NCBI GenBank assembly: GCA_018818785.1
Contig: JAHIRF010000002.1
Coordinates: 135,874-199,873 of the forward strand
Direction of reading: 5' to 3'
DNA from: Thermoplasmatota archaeon
Lineage (GTDB): Archaea > Thermoplasmatota > Thermoplasmata > UBA10834
Length of the DNA stretch: 64,000 nucleotides
Made by a program: the position numbers and the translations under genes. The notes beneath the pieces are model-generated. The model had not been told where the DNA came from. It did not search any database and worked only from the letters and a program-made list of their open reading frames with translations. Positions 8,579-17,932 of the stretch are shown here, piece by piece (the first letter of the stretch is position 1; every line of letters starts with the position of its first letter).

Positions 8579-10783
8579 TTAAGATATCACGAACAGTCCG
8601 ACGAACACGAGCGTCACTGTCGAGAGCAGTTTGACGAGCACGTGTATCGAAGGTCCTGCAGTGTCCTTCAACGGGTCACCGACGGTGTCTCCTACGACCG
8701 CAGCTGCGTGCGTGGGTGATCCCTTTCCACCAAAGTTCCCAGACTCGACGTATTTCTTGCCGTTGTCCCATGCCCCGCCGCCGTTGTTGAACATGTTGGC
8801 GACCATGATTCCAGTGATCGTGCCGACCATGAGCAGACCGCCGACGGCCTGTGGCGCATCGTAGCCGGCCTGGTTCATCAGGACTCCGAAGAGCACTGGC
8901 ACGAGGACGGGCAACAATGCGGGAAGGATCATAGCTTTCAATGCGCCCTTTGTAGCGATATCGACACAGGCCGCATAGTCTGGCTTTGCGGTTCTCTCCA
9001 TTATTCCAGGTATCTCCTTGAACTGCCTGCGGACTTCAGTGATCATCTTCCCTGCGGTCTTTCCGACGGCCCTGATGGCCAATGAAGCGAACAGGAAGAC
9101 AAGCATGGCTCCGAGCAACGCACCCGCGAAGACATCCGGTTGAGCGAGATCCACCTTGAATGCATCTGCCAGGCTGCCTCCGGTCTTGTCGGCAACACGC
9201 TCGAAATAGGCGCCGAACAATAGGAATGCTGCAAGTGCTGCACTTGCCATCGCGTATCCCTTGGTCAAGGCCTTTGTGGTGTTCCCACAGGCATCGAGCC
9301 TGTCGGTCCTCCGTCTGATATCCTCTGGCTGCCTTGACATCTCGACTATTCCACCAGCGTTATCTGTGATGGGTCCGAAAGTGTCCGTTGCAAGTATGAA
9401 TGCACATGTGGCGAGCATACCCATGGTAGCCACTGCGGTGCCGTAGAACCCGTAGACCAGGTGTATAGTTGCGTCATCCACAGCCTCTGCAGGAGCTGCT
9501 GCCTGTCCGAGTGCGAATGCACCCAAGAGAGCAATGATTATTGCGATAACCGGGAGAGCCGTGCTCTCCATCGCGATGGACAAACCGGTTATGATGTTCG
9601 TCGCCGGTCCAGTCTTCGAAGCCTCTGCTATCTCCTTTACAGGTCTCCAGCTTCCAGATGTGTAGTATTGAGTTATGTATACGATTACTATGCTCAGGCC
9701 GATTCCGATGAGTCCTGCAGCGAAGAAGTACAGGTAATTGTCTCCCAACATGTACTTGGTAGATATGTAGAAGAACACCGCTGCGAGCAGGCACGTCACA
9801 TAAAGGCCCTTGTTAATCCCGCTCATCGGGTCCTTGTTTTCATCCTTTATCTTGACGAGCAATACACCAGCCATCGATGCGAATATTCCGAACGATCTGG
9901 CGACCAGAGGGAAGAATATCCACGCGAGGGCGGCCTCTGGAGTCCAGCCAAGAGTCGTTATAGAGAATCCGTATAGTGTCAGACCGAGAACCATCGCACC
10001 GATATTCTCTGCGGCCGTCGACTCGAACAGGTCGGCGCCTCTGCCTGCGCAGTCACCGACATTGTCACCGACGAGGTCAGCTATGACTGCAGGGTTCCTC
10101 GGGTCGTCCTCTGGAATTCCGGCCTCAATCTTTCCGACGAGGTCCGCGCCAACATCAGCAGCTTTTGTGTATATCCCGCCACCAAGCTGAGCGAACAGCG
10201 CAGCGAAACTGGCCCCGAACGCGAACCCAATGGCTGCGTTGAGGGAGTCTCTCACTTCGAGCCCGACGCCAGCAGAGAAAACATAATAGATGCCGGCTAC
10301 TCCAATCAAGCTGAGCGAAACGACCGCCATGCCAGAGACAGCTCCGCCGCGGAACGATGTGACAAGAGCCTCGTTCAGAGATCTCCTTGCAGCAGCTGCC
10401 GTCCTTATGTTGGACCGGACGCTGACATACATTCCAATGTAGCCAGATAGTGCAGACGCGCCCGCACCGACCATGAATGATGCGCCTACCCAATAATAGG
10501 GTTCGATGAAGATTCCAATGAGGACTGCCAGTATCACGCTGATTATGATGATGGTCGTGTACTGGCGCTTCATATAAGCCATCGCACCCTGCTTGATAGC
10601 GTCACTGATCTCCTGCATCTCGGGTGTCCCAAGATCCTTTCTGAAAACATACCAGGTCAGATAGCCTGCGAAGGCAAGACCGACCAATCCCGCAATCGGA
10701 ATCACAAGTGTGATGTCTACCATCCTAAACTCTCCGTTACCGATTGCCGCAGGATTAGGCTCCCAATATAAATTATTAACCAA
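8579..10783 (-). CDS. hppA: Membrane-bound proton/sodium-translocating pyrophosphatase (V-type H+-PPase)
   Basis: 734 aa, multi-TM, with conserved 'GGIYTKAADVGADLVGKIE', 'DNVGDNVGDCAGRGADLFES' and 'GDTVGDPLKDTAGPS' motifs. Confidence 0.9.
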   Translation of the reverse strand: MVNNLYWEPNPAAIGNGEFRMVDITLVIPIAGLVGLAFAGYLTWYVFRKDLGTPEMQEISDAIKQGAMAYMKRQYTTIIIISVILAVLIGIFIEPYYWVGASFMVGAGASALSGYIGMYVSVRSNIRTAAAARRSLNEALVTSFRGGAVSGMAVVSLSLIGVAGIYYVFSAGVGLEVRDSLNAAIGFAFGASFAALFAQLGGGIYTKAADVGADLVGKIEAGIPEDDPRNPAVIADLVGDNVGDCAGRGADLFESTAAENIGAMVLGLTLYGFSITTLGWTPEAALAWIFFPLVARSFGIFASMAGVLLVKIKDENKDPMSGINKGLYVTCLLAAVFFYISTKYMLGDNYLYFFAAGLIGIGLSIVIVYITQYYTSGSWRPVKEIAEASKTGPATNIITGLSIAMESTALPVIAIIIALLGAFALGQAAAPAEAVDDATIHLVYGFYGTAVATMGMLATCAFILATDTFGPITDNAGGIVEMSRQPEDIRRRTDRLDACGNTTKALTKGYAMASAALAAFLLFGAYFERVADKTGGSLADAFKVDLAQPDVFAGALLGAMLVFLFASLAIRAVGKTAGKMITEVRRQFKEIPGIMERTAKPDYAACVDIATKGALKAMILPALLPVLVPVLFGVLMNQAGYDAPQAVGGLLMVGTITGIMVANMFNNGGGAWDNGKKYVESGNFGGKGSPTHAAAVVGDTVGDPLKDTAGPSIHVLVKLLSTVTLVFVGLFVIS

Positions 10784-10959
10784 CTAAGTGCGCAGCTTGT
10801 GCTCTTGAATGTCCGTTATGCCAGCATTATAAACGGCGATACAAATCATGTGTGATAGCCGCTGACAATACGAATCACGACTCGTCGGGTCGAAACAGAC
10901 CGAAAACGATAGAGAAATGATTTGGGGAAAATGGTTTGCGGGCAAATATCGCCGAACGC

Positions 10960-11190
10960 CTATCTCTCGATGAGCGTCTCGACGTATCTCACGAAGCCAA
11001 GCTTCTGGATCTTATCTGCGATCTGGCCGACCTTCTCGAGACCCTGCACGTCCAAGAATGCGACGTAGTCATAGTGTCCGAACACTGTGAATCCGTCTTT
11101 GACTCCAGGGATCTTCGTTATCTTCCCCGCGTCCGTGTATGTCTTAGGCTCCAACATTACGAGTACAACTGCCTTAACCATTTGAATCAC
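10960..11190 (-). CDS. Stand-alone RAM (Lrp/AsnC C-terminal ligand-binding) domain protein
   Basis: 76 aa, 'MIQMVKAVVLVMLE...IPGVKDGFTVFGHYDYVAFLDV' beta-alpha-beta-beta-alpha-beta pattern of the AsnC_trans_reg domain. Confidence 0.55.
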   Translation of the reverse strand: MIQMVKAVVLVMLEPKTYTDAGKITKIPGVKDGFTVFGHYDYVAFLDVQGLEKVGQIADKIQKLGFVRYVETLIER

Positions 11191-11191
11191 C

Positions 11192-11422
11192 TCAGATCTC
11201 CGGGAATCCGATCAGGGTTTCGACTATCTCGACGCCCTCGGAGCCGTATATGGTCATCCCTATCTTCGCGATCTTTGCCAGATCCATGTCCTCGGTTTCG
11301 ATAGCTACATCCCATCTTCCATGCACTGGGAAAGCTTCGACTACGCCTGGCAGTTTCTTAGCAATATCCACGATCTTCTTGGTCTTCAGCAACTTGCAGC
11401 AGACTAATATGCATGCCTTTAC
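11192..11422 (-). CDS. Second stand-alone RAM-domain protein (paralog of the gene just downstream). The long ORF extends to 11521, but the start is probably the Met at 11422.
   Basis: 'MVKACILVCCKLLKTKKIVDIAKKLPGVVEAFPVHGRWDVAIETED' is collinear with the adjacent 76-aa protein. Confidence 0.5.
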   Translation of the reverse strand, partial: VKACILVCCKLLKTKKIVDIAKKLPGVVEAFPVHGRWDVAIETEDMDLAKIAKIGMTIYGSEGVEIVETLIGFPEI

Positions 11423-11615
11423 CATGGAATCCCTTCCGTTGAGGCAGCAAACGGAGTCTATATGTATATAATCTATCCGAAACCACGCATGGAATGGATT
11501 TATGGAGTCTTGGGGAACCACGTTACGCCATTATCATCATTCGTGACGATTCGAACAAAAAGCATTATGACGCAACACAATGATTTTACACATGAGACGC
11601 AATGGCGTCGTATAG

Positions 11616-12317
11616 GTGATTCATATGGGTCCTCCGGAGGAAAGCGTCCAGAAGAAGCGTGATTTTCAGAAAACCAAAGATGATGATCTAGATGCATTCC
11701 TTACGAAGAGGGAACCTTCCAAGAACGCTAAGCCAGTATCATCTGAACTATCGACTAAGAAGCCCCAATCATCGGAATCGGATGAGGATCAACCACCTAA
11801 GGAGACTTCCGATGAGGAGCACGATAATCAGATCAAAGCCGCTAGGACTGGCAGGGCTGCCGCCGAAGCATATCACGATGTCGCTGTCCTGAGGAAGAAA
11901 TCGCATGAACACAGTCACAAGGCGTCCAAGTTCTTCCACAAATACAAGAGCAACGAGGCCAGACGCCAGAAATGCTCCTCCAGGGCCGTCGCATACCGCG
12001 AGAAGGCGTCTGAGCGGAGGGAGAAGGCAAAGGAGCACAGAGCGGCTACCAAAGAATATGATCTGGAGCTGAGGGGCGCTGCGCAGGGCAAGGGGGATCT
12101 GAGCCCTGAGGCACTGAGGAACAAGATCGCTGTCCTTGAGCGCAAGACGGCGAAGCAGGAGTCAAAAGCGAGAAAATACGAATCACTGGCTGCTGATCAG
12201 ACTGAGAAGGCCGCCAAATACAGGACGAGAGCGGCCAAGTTCCTCGAGAAGAACAAGTCGCACGAGAGCGAGTCCCGGATGTATGGGAAGAGGGCAGACA
12301 ACCTCGAGAAGGTCTAG
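11616..12317 (+). CDS. Highly charged, low-complexity, coiled-coil-like protein, function unknown
   Basis: 233 aa rich in K/E/A/R. Repeated 'KAxKYRxRAAKF'-like heptads and an acidic S/D/E N-terminal region. Confidence 0.4.
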   Translation: MIHMGPPEESVQKKRDFQKTKDDDLDAFLTKREPSKNAKPVSSELSTKKPQSSESDEDQPPKETSDEEHDNQIKAARTGRAAAEAYHDVAVLRKKSHEHSHKASKFFHKYKSNEARRQKCSSRAVAYREKASERREKAKEHRAATKEYDLELRGAAQGKGDLSPEALRNKIAVLERKTAKQESKARKYESLAADQTEKAAKYRTRAAKFLEKNKSHESESRMYGKRADNLEKV

Positions 12318-12327
12318 AATCTCGATA

Positions 12328-12747
12328 TCATCGTGTCTTCCGACTCATCTCCTGGCCTTGGGCAGACCAGTGTAGGAAGGATGGTTCATCTTCCAGATCG
12401 ACCGTTTCTGAGCTAGATTCGCCGTTGGCTTTGACGAATACGCGCAGTCTCCCGTCCTGAAGGACCACCTCGGCGGATTCGACCGTCGAACGGTACATAG
12501 CCACGGACTTGCCACCGATGGACACTGCCTTGTCCTCTTCTCGGATCATGCCCGCCTGTTTGAGCAGACGTATCCGTCTGTAGCAGGCCGCGATGGGTAT
12601 CCCTAGCGCTTCGCTGATCTCCGTGGCGTTCATGGCCTGCACCTCCGTCATGGAGAGTATCTCCGATGAATGTTCGTCGAGCATGAGTTTGAAGGAATCC
12701 ATGGCATTCATCGAGTCACGACCTATATCCTCGACAGACCTGACCAT
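12328..12747 (-). CDS. Winged-helix (ArsR/TrmB-like) transcriptional regulator. The 18522..18893 product is a paralog.
   Basis: 'EISEALGIPIAACYRRIRLLKQAGMI' HTH. Shares the motif 'IPIAACYRRI' with the 18522..18893 product. Last gene of the KaiC-like operon. Confidence 0.55.
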   Translation of the reverse strand: MVRSVEDIGRDSMNAMDSFKLMLDEHSSEILSMTEVQAMNATEISEALGIPIAACYRRIRLLKQAGMIREEDKAVSIGGKSVAMYRSTVESAEVVLQDGRLRVFVKANGESSSETVDLEDEPSFLHWSAQGQEMSRKTR

Positions 12748-13670
12748 TCCTGGTCGAAGTTGCTGCCTCCAATACCTTGTAGATGGACAGATGAGTGTTC
12801 GAAACCCGGCTTGTTGGCGGCCCTTTGGAGATAATTCACATCACCAGTCTCTATATCGAGATGAAGGAACACGACATTGTCCACTTTGAGGACTGGCAGT
12901 ATCTTGCCCGCATCCATGCCTTCGGGGTTCTCCACCATCTGGCCACACGCGGAACACTTGCCTGAATCGAGAGGTCCATGCTGTCCACAGAACGGACAGT
13001 CTACCTCGTCGAGTGGGTTGTTGTCGAACTCCATGTCTGTGAATATTCCTACGATACCGGTGTCTCCCAGCTCCAACCGGGTGCCGCATATCGGACACCT
13101 GTCAGTGTTCAATTCAACGACAGTACCACAATGTGTGCACTCGAAAACGAAGTCGGGACCACCTTTGTCGTCCTGCAGATAATGCAGGATGCCCAACTCG
13201 GCATCGAAGTGTATCAGGGGATTGCCGTCCTTCGTGACGAAATCCTCGGGTTGGAATTCTTTGAGATTCTCAGCGCGCAGGAGTTCCTCCATCTCAGCCT
13301 CGTCTATTCCTTGTATGTACAATGCGCGGCACTTCGGACACCTCTCTGCGCCATCGGGCATCTGGGTGTTGCACTCGAAGCATTGGAATGTCTTCATGAC
13401 GGGTCTTGGAGGAGCGTTAGAAGATCTAGCGACAAACTGGTCTAGAACTTGAGCGGTGATCTGGATATCATCGCGTGTAATCTTGGGCGCCTTCAGGGCA
13501 TCAGCCATATGTTTCCTGCTCATAGGCTTCGCCTTGACAACCCGTCTTAGATGCCTCTTCTCTTCCTTGACAGTGATGAAGGTACCTTTCTTTCCTAATC
13601 TCCTGGCCTTCGCTGGGGCATTCGCATCCTCGTCGACCCCTTCATCAGTCTGTTGGCGTTTCGCTTTCAT
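12723..13670 (-). CDS. Four-zinc-ribbon protein, function unknown
   Basis: 315 aa with four CxxC...CxxC pairs (CFEC..CPKC; CTHC..CPIC; CPFC..CSAC). Basic N-terminus. Confidence 0.5.
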   Translation of the reverse strand: MKAKRQQTDEGVDEDANAPAKARRLGKKGTFITVKEEKRHLRRVVKAKPMSRKHMADALKAPKITRDDIQITAQVLDQFVARSSNAPPRPVMKTFQCFECNTQMPDGAERCPKCRALYIQGIDEAEMEELLRAENLKEFQPEDFVTKDGNPLIHFDAELGILHYLQDDKGGPDFVFECTHCGTVVELNTDRCPICGTRLELGDTGIVGIFTDMEFDNNPLDEVDCPFCGQHGPLDSGKCSACGQMVENPEGMDAGKILPVLKVDNVVFLHLDIETGDVNYLQRAANKPGFEHSSVHLQGIGGSNFDQEWSGLSRI

Positions 13671-13805
13671 ATCCCAGATCCTCTCGTCAGATGTTTCGAA
13701 TCGTTTCTCTCAGCTCAACGATTGGATAGGATTACTTATACCGGTGTCGACACGGTAATCAGCGCTGATAACACCAGACCCTGCCAGTCTTCAGGCGTCG
13801 GAGGC

Positions 13806-14498
13806 TCAGAATCGCGCCTTCAGCACTATCACGCCGTCTTTGCGTGTTATATCAACCGATTGCTTCCCAGTCAGATGGTTGGTGCCTCTCATCTTGAGCA
13901 CCTCTATGTATTTGCGCCTGGCATCTCCTTCGTCGGAGAGCATCAGAAGGATGACCCCATCTACCGCGTACGATATCTCCGCGGGGTACAGTTCACCCGG
14001 ATGTACTTCACCTGTCAGAATGGTGACGGCCTGCCAGTTCTTCAATCGGGTCGCGAGATCGAACGCGAATACCCTGTAGTCATCTTTCATCATCGTACCC
14101 ACCACCGTGATTGGATCGATGACGATCCTGTTGGGCATCACCTCGGCGATCTTCTTGTCTATGATGTCGAGTATCTCTTCACCACTCCTCTTTCGGAGTT
14201 CGAGGCCGAGGTCGAAGTAGACTATCTCCTTGCCGTAGAACTCACGCTTGGCGAACTCGAACTGAGTGGCATATCTCAGCATCCACTGCGCAGGCTCGCT
14301 GAGTGTGCTTATGTAGAGGCACTGCTCGCCATTCTCAGCACCTGAGAACATGAATTTCTGGGCGAACGTGGTCTTGCCAGATCCCGCACCGCCAGCTACG
14401 AGGACAACCGATGGATAGGGGAAGCCTCCTTCGATCATATCGTCCAGGCCAGGAATGCCACTGCTCAGTCTCGGGAAGCCATTCTCGATCATATTCAA
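13806..14498 (-). CDS. KaiC-like / RecA-superfamily ATPase (single KaiC domain)
   Basis: Walker A 'VLVAGGAGSGKTTFAQKF', KaiC-like 'CLYISTLSEP', Walker B 'RIVIDPITVV'. 230 aa. Confidence 0.8.
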   Translation of the reverse strand: MNMIENGFPRLSSGIPGLDDMIEGGFPYPSVVLVAGGAGSGKTTFAQKFMFSGAENGEQCLYISTLSEPAQWMLRYATQFEFAKREFYGKEIVYFDLGLELRKRSGEEILDIIDKKIAEVMPNRIVIDPITVVGTMMKDDYRVFAFDLATRLKNWQAVTILTGEVHPGELYPAEISYAVDGVILLMLSDEGDARRKYIEVLKMRGTNHLTGKQSVDITRKDGVIVLKARF

Positions 14499-15208
14499 AT
14501 CACTCCTTTCGAAATATCGCTCTTCGCCAGTCCTCCGGGACTGCCCTGGAAGACATGTCTTATCTGCATATCAGGTGACAGTTCGATCGTCTTCGTCGCG
14601 ATTTCAGACACAAACTCGAAGAGGACCGGATGAACCTCCTTGTCCATCGCCAAGACGGTGATCACTCTCTGGGAGGCTCTGTTCCTCAGCACCGCGAGAT
14701 ACTTCGTGAAGAATGTCTCCACGCTCGCCATCGTGTTATAGGTCAGCAGGGTGGATACATTGTCCATCACGACGAACTCGACCATTGAGAACTCTGATGA
14801 GATATCAGGGTTCGAGCCATTCGAACCTGCTATGAACTCCGGTAGAACCTCGATGTGAAACGGTCCTTTCTGGAATTCAGCAGCGACCGCACCGCCTTTC
14901 GTATCTGACGATTGGACCGATATGGCATCAACGAAAGACAGATTGGTCTGATCGATGCCATGGAGCTGGAGGAGATGTGAGACATATTGGTGGGGTCTAT
15001 CGATCGTTATCATGATGCCTTTCTTCTGTTTTCGCTCCAGGAGCGCTTTCAGAAGAACCAAGTTCAATCGGACCAGATTCGTATACTTCACCGATATGAG
15101 ATACAGCCCGCTCTCTCCTTCAGTCTGAATCTCTGAGCTGATGATCTTGACTAGCTGGAGATCCTTCTCATTCACTCGTCGCACACCCACTACACGACTA
15201 TCACTCAA
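14495..15208 (-). CDS. Stand-alone DUF835-like domain protein. The gene overlaps the KaiC-like ATPase start by 4 nt.
   Basis: 'GIMITIDRPHQYVSHLL...NLSFVDAIS' and 'VEFVVMDNVSTLLTYNTMASVETFFTKYLAVLRNRASQRVITVLAMDKEV' align collinearly with the C-terminal domains of the IleRS extension and of the 51324..53171 product. No Walker A motif. Confidence 0.5.
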   Translation of the reverse strand: MSDSRVVGVRRVNEKDLQLVKIISSEIQTEGESGLYLISVKYTNLVRLNLVLLKALLERKQKKGIMITIDRPHQYVSHLLQLHGIDQTNLSFVDAISVQSSDTKGGAVAAEFQKGPFHIEVLPEFIAGSNGSNPDISSEFSMVEFVVMDNVSTLLTYNTMASVETFFTKYLAVLRNRASQRVITVLAMDKEVHPVLFEFVSEIATKTIELSPDMQIRHVFQGSPGGLAKSDISKGVI

Positions 15209-15417
15209 TAATGCGTTATTTCATATAAGCAGATTCCCGAGATTATCCAGTGAGATATGCATTCGAACGACCATTGATCCTCAATCTAAACGGCCCGACT
15301 CATTCCCAGCAGACATTACCAAGCGTTTGCCATACATCGAAAAAGATATAAACGGGACCTATCATTGTCCTCACTGCGTCCACAGTCTAATGGGTGTTCT
15401 GACGGCGTTGGTACAGT

Positions 15418-16290
15418 ATGACGGAAGAGCTTGTTGCAGAACTCGAAGAAAAGCGGGCACGGCACAATGCCGATGCCGAACGGCACAAGAGGCTCAGAGA
15501 TGAGCTTAATGAGAAGACTAGGGAATGGGCCGACCGAAGAGATGAATTGAATGCACAGGTTCGAAAGCTCATAGAAGAGGCCAACGCCAGACGCGAGACG
15601 AGGGACAAGCTCAACGCCGAGGTCAGAGAGGTCAAAGCCAAGAGAGACGATTGGAACAGGAAGTTCAACGACCAGAGCGATAAGGTCATCACACTCAAGC
15701 GGGAGAACATGCCCAAGAGCGGCCAATCAATCCGAAAGTACAAGGCTGAGCTCAGGACGCTCGAGAAGAGACACATGACCTCGGTCCTCACCACCGAGAA
15801 GGAGAGAGCCCTGGTCGAAGAGATATCATCGCTCAGCAACAAGATACGCTCCCTCGAGAAAGAGATGGAGCAGTTCACCGAGGTCAAGACTGCCGAGCAC
15901 GACGCAAGAGAGGCGAAGGATCAGGCTGAGACATTCCACAGGCAGGTCTCCGAATACGCCGAGAAGGCGCAGATGGAGCACGATGCCATGCTGAAGCTCT
16001 ACGAGGAAGCGGACGCCATCAGAAAGGAGGCCGACGATGCCCAAGAGAAGTTCATCGATGCCAAACTAACCGCTGACGAGGAGCACCGTGAGCATATAGA
16101 GCACATCCGACAGGTTCACGATTTCGACAAGATCATAACTGGCATCCGTGACAAGAGTCGCAAGTCCCGCAGAGAGAATGACGAGAGTTCTGTCAAGAAA
16201 GAGGCCGAGGAGATCTACGATAAGTTCCGGAGCGGAGAGAAGCTCAGCACCGAGGACATCATGGTGCTTCAGAAATCCGGTTACATGTGA
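15418..16290 (+). CDS. Archaeal coiled-coil protein (COG1340-like)
   Basis: 290 aa, almost entirely heptad-repeat E/K/R-rich sequence, upstream of SRP54. Confidence 0.45.
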   Translation: MTEELVAELEEKRARHNADAERHKRLRDELNEKTREWADRRDELNAQVRKLIEEANARRETRDKLNAEVREVKAKRDDWNRKFNDQSDKVITLKRENMPKSGQSIRKYKAELRTLEKRHMTSVLTTEKERALVEEISSLSNKIRSLEKEMEQFTEVKTAEHDAREAKDQAETFHRQVSEYAEKAQMEHDAMLKLYEEADAIRKEADDAQEKFIDAKLTADEEHREHIEHIRQVHDFDKIITGIRDKSRKSRRENDESSVKKEAEEIYDKFRSGEKLSTEDIMVLQKSGYM

Positions 16291-16591
16291 GGTGCACCGG
16301 CTCCACATGAAGCGGGGGTTCTGCCAGTTGAAAAAGCGACGTTATTCCCGCGATATGCTGGCTATGTACTTCGTTTAAGACCTCTGCCCCGGCAAAGTAT
16401 TTAAGGGCTGATTCGATAATTATAAATAGGGCACCGCCAATATATCACCCGGGAAATTTTGGGCTAGTTGTTAGAGTGCATCCCATCCCTTCTGACAAGG
16501 CTAGCCCTTCCCTTCCCTTTTTTTGTAAATGGAAGAACGGTTGCACAACATATTTATCCGAAGCGTAGCTTAGCGGCGGAAGTAGATTCAG

Positions 16592-17932
16592 ATGGTGCTG
16601 GAAAACCTCGGTGGCGCTCTGAAAGACGCAATCAAAAAGATCGCCAACGCATCACATGTTGACCAGAAGCTTGTCAAGGAAGTCGTGAAGGATATTCAGC
16701 GCGCGCTCCTTCAGGCAGATATCAATGTCAAACTAGTCATCTCGATGACTAAGGAGCTCGAGCAACGGGCGCTCACGGAGAAGCCCCCTGCAGGCATGAG
16801 CTCGCGGGAACATGTCATAAAGATAGTGTATGAGGAGCTAGTGAAGCTCATCGGAAAGGGAGGGGAGATACCTGCCAAACCCCAGCGGATACTTATGGTG
16901 GGGCTCTATGGTCAGGGAAAGACTACCACATCGGGCAAATTGGCTAAGGACCTCCACAAGAGAGGCATGAAGGTCGGCCTTGTCGCTGCCGATGTCCACC
17001 GACCTGCTGCCTTTGATCAGCTCACCCAGATTGGCGCCAAGATAAACGTGCCAGTGTTCGGCGACCCCAAGGAGAAGAGCGCAGTCAAGATAGCCAAGCG
17101 GGCAATGAAAGAGTTCGAGGGCTACGATGTCATCATATTCGACACATCAGGCAGACACGCCCTGGAGGCCGACCTCATCGATGAGATAGAATCGGTCGCC
17201 AAGATAGTCGACGCGGAGCAGAAGATACTCGTCCTTGACGCGCAGACTGGGCAGCAGGCAGGGCCTCAAGCCAAGGCGTTCCATGATGCAGTCCATGTCA
17301 CTGGCGTCATAATAACCAAGTTGGATGGCACTGCCAAGGGCGGAGGGGCGCTCAGCGCAGTCGCGGAGACCGGCGCCCCGATCTGTTATGTGGGAGTGGG
17401 CGAGCATCTTGAGGATATCGAGCGGTTCGACCCCGATCGTTTCATAAGCAGGCTTCTGGGGATGGGGGATATCAAGTCCCTCATAGAGGTCGCGAGCGAG
17501 GTCATGGATGAGGAGAAGGCCGAAGAGGCTGCGCGTAAGATGATGTCCGGCAAGTTCTCCTTGAAAGAGATGTACGATCAGATGGAGATGCTCCAGGGTA
17601 TGGGGCCTCTGAAGAAGATCGCGTCCATGCTTCCGGGTATGTCTGACAAGCTACAAGAGCAGGACATGGAGGCGACCCAGGAGCGCTTGGTAAGGTTCAG
17701 GGTCATAATGGATTCGATGACCGAGGAGGAGCTTGAGAACCCCAAGCTCATCAAGTCGTCCAGGATCATAAGGGTCGCGCGCGGGAGCGGCACGACCACA
17801 AAAGAAGTCAAGGAGCTGCTGAAGCAGTATGACATGTCCAAGAAAGCCATGAAGGGTTTCATGGGCAACCGGAAGATGCGGAGGCAGCTCATGAAGCAGT
17901 TCAAGGGCGCTGACTTCTCCAAGGAGGCATGA
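16592..17932 (+). CDS. srp54: Signal recognition particle protein SRP54
   Basis: N domain, G domain ('GLYGQGKTTTSGKLA', 'DTSGR', 'TKLDG') and a Met-rich C-terminal M domain. Confidence 0.9.
   Translation: MVLENLGGALKDAIKKIANASHVDQKLVKEVVKDIQRALLQADINVKLVISMTKELEQRALTEKPPAGMSSREHVIKIVYEELVKLIGKGGEIPAKPQRILMVGLYGQGKTTTSGKLAKDLHKRGMKVGLVAADVHRPAAFDQLTQIGAKINVPVFGDPKEKSAVKIAKRAMKEFEGYDVIIFDTSGRHALEADLIDEIESVAKIVDAEQKILVLDAQTGQQAGPQAKAFHDAVHVTGVIITKLDGTAKGGGALSAVAETGAPICYVGVGEHLEDIERFDPDRFISRLLGMGDIKSLIEVASEVMDEEKAEEAARKMMSGKFSLKEMYDQMEMLQGMGPLKKIASMLPGMSDKLQEQDMEATQERLVRFRVIMDSMTEEELENPKLIKSSRIIRVARGSGTTTKEVKELLKQYDMSKKAMKGFMGNRKMRRQLMKQFKGADFSKEA

Noticed and set aside
8631-10493. Multiple 60-170-aa ORFs antisense to, or frame-shifted within, the H+-PPase gene
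   Set aside because: They are fully contained in a strongly supported 734-aa gene, and their translations are low-complexity.
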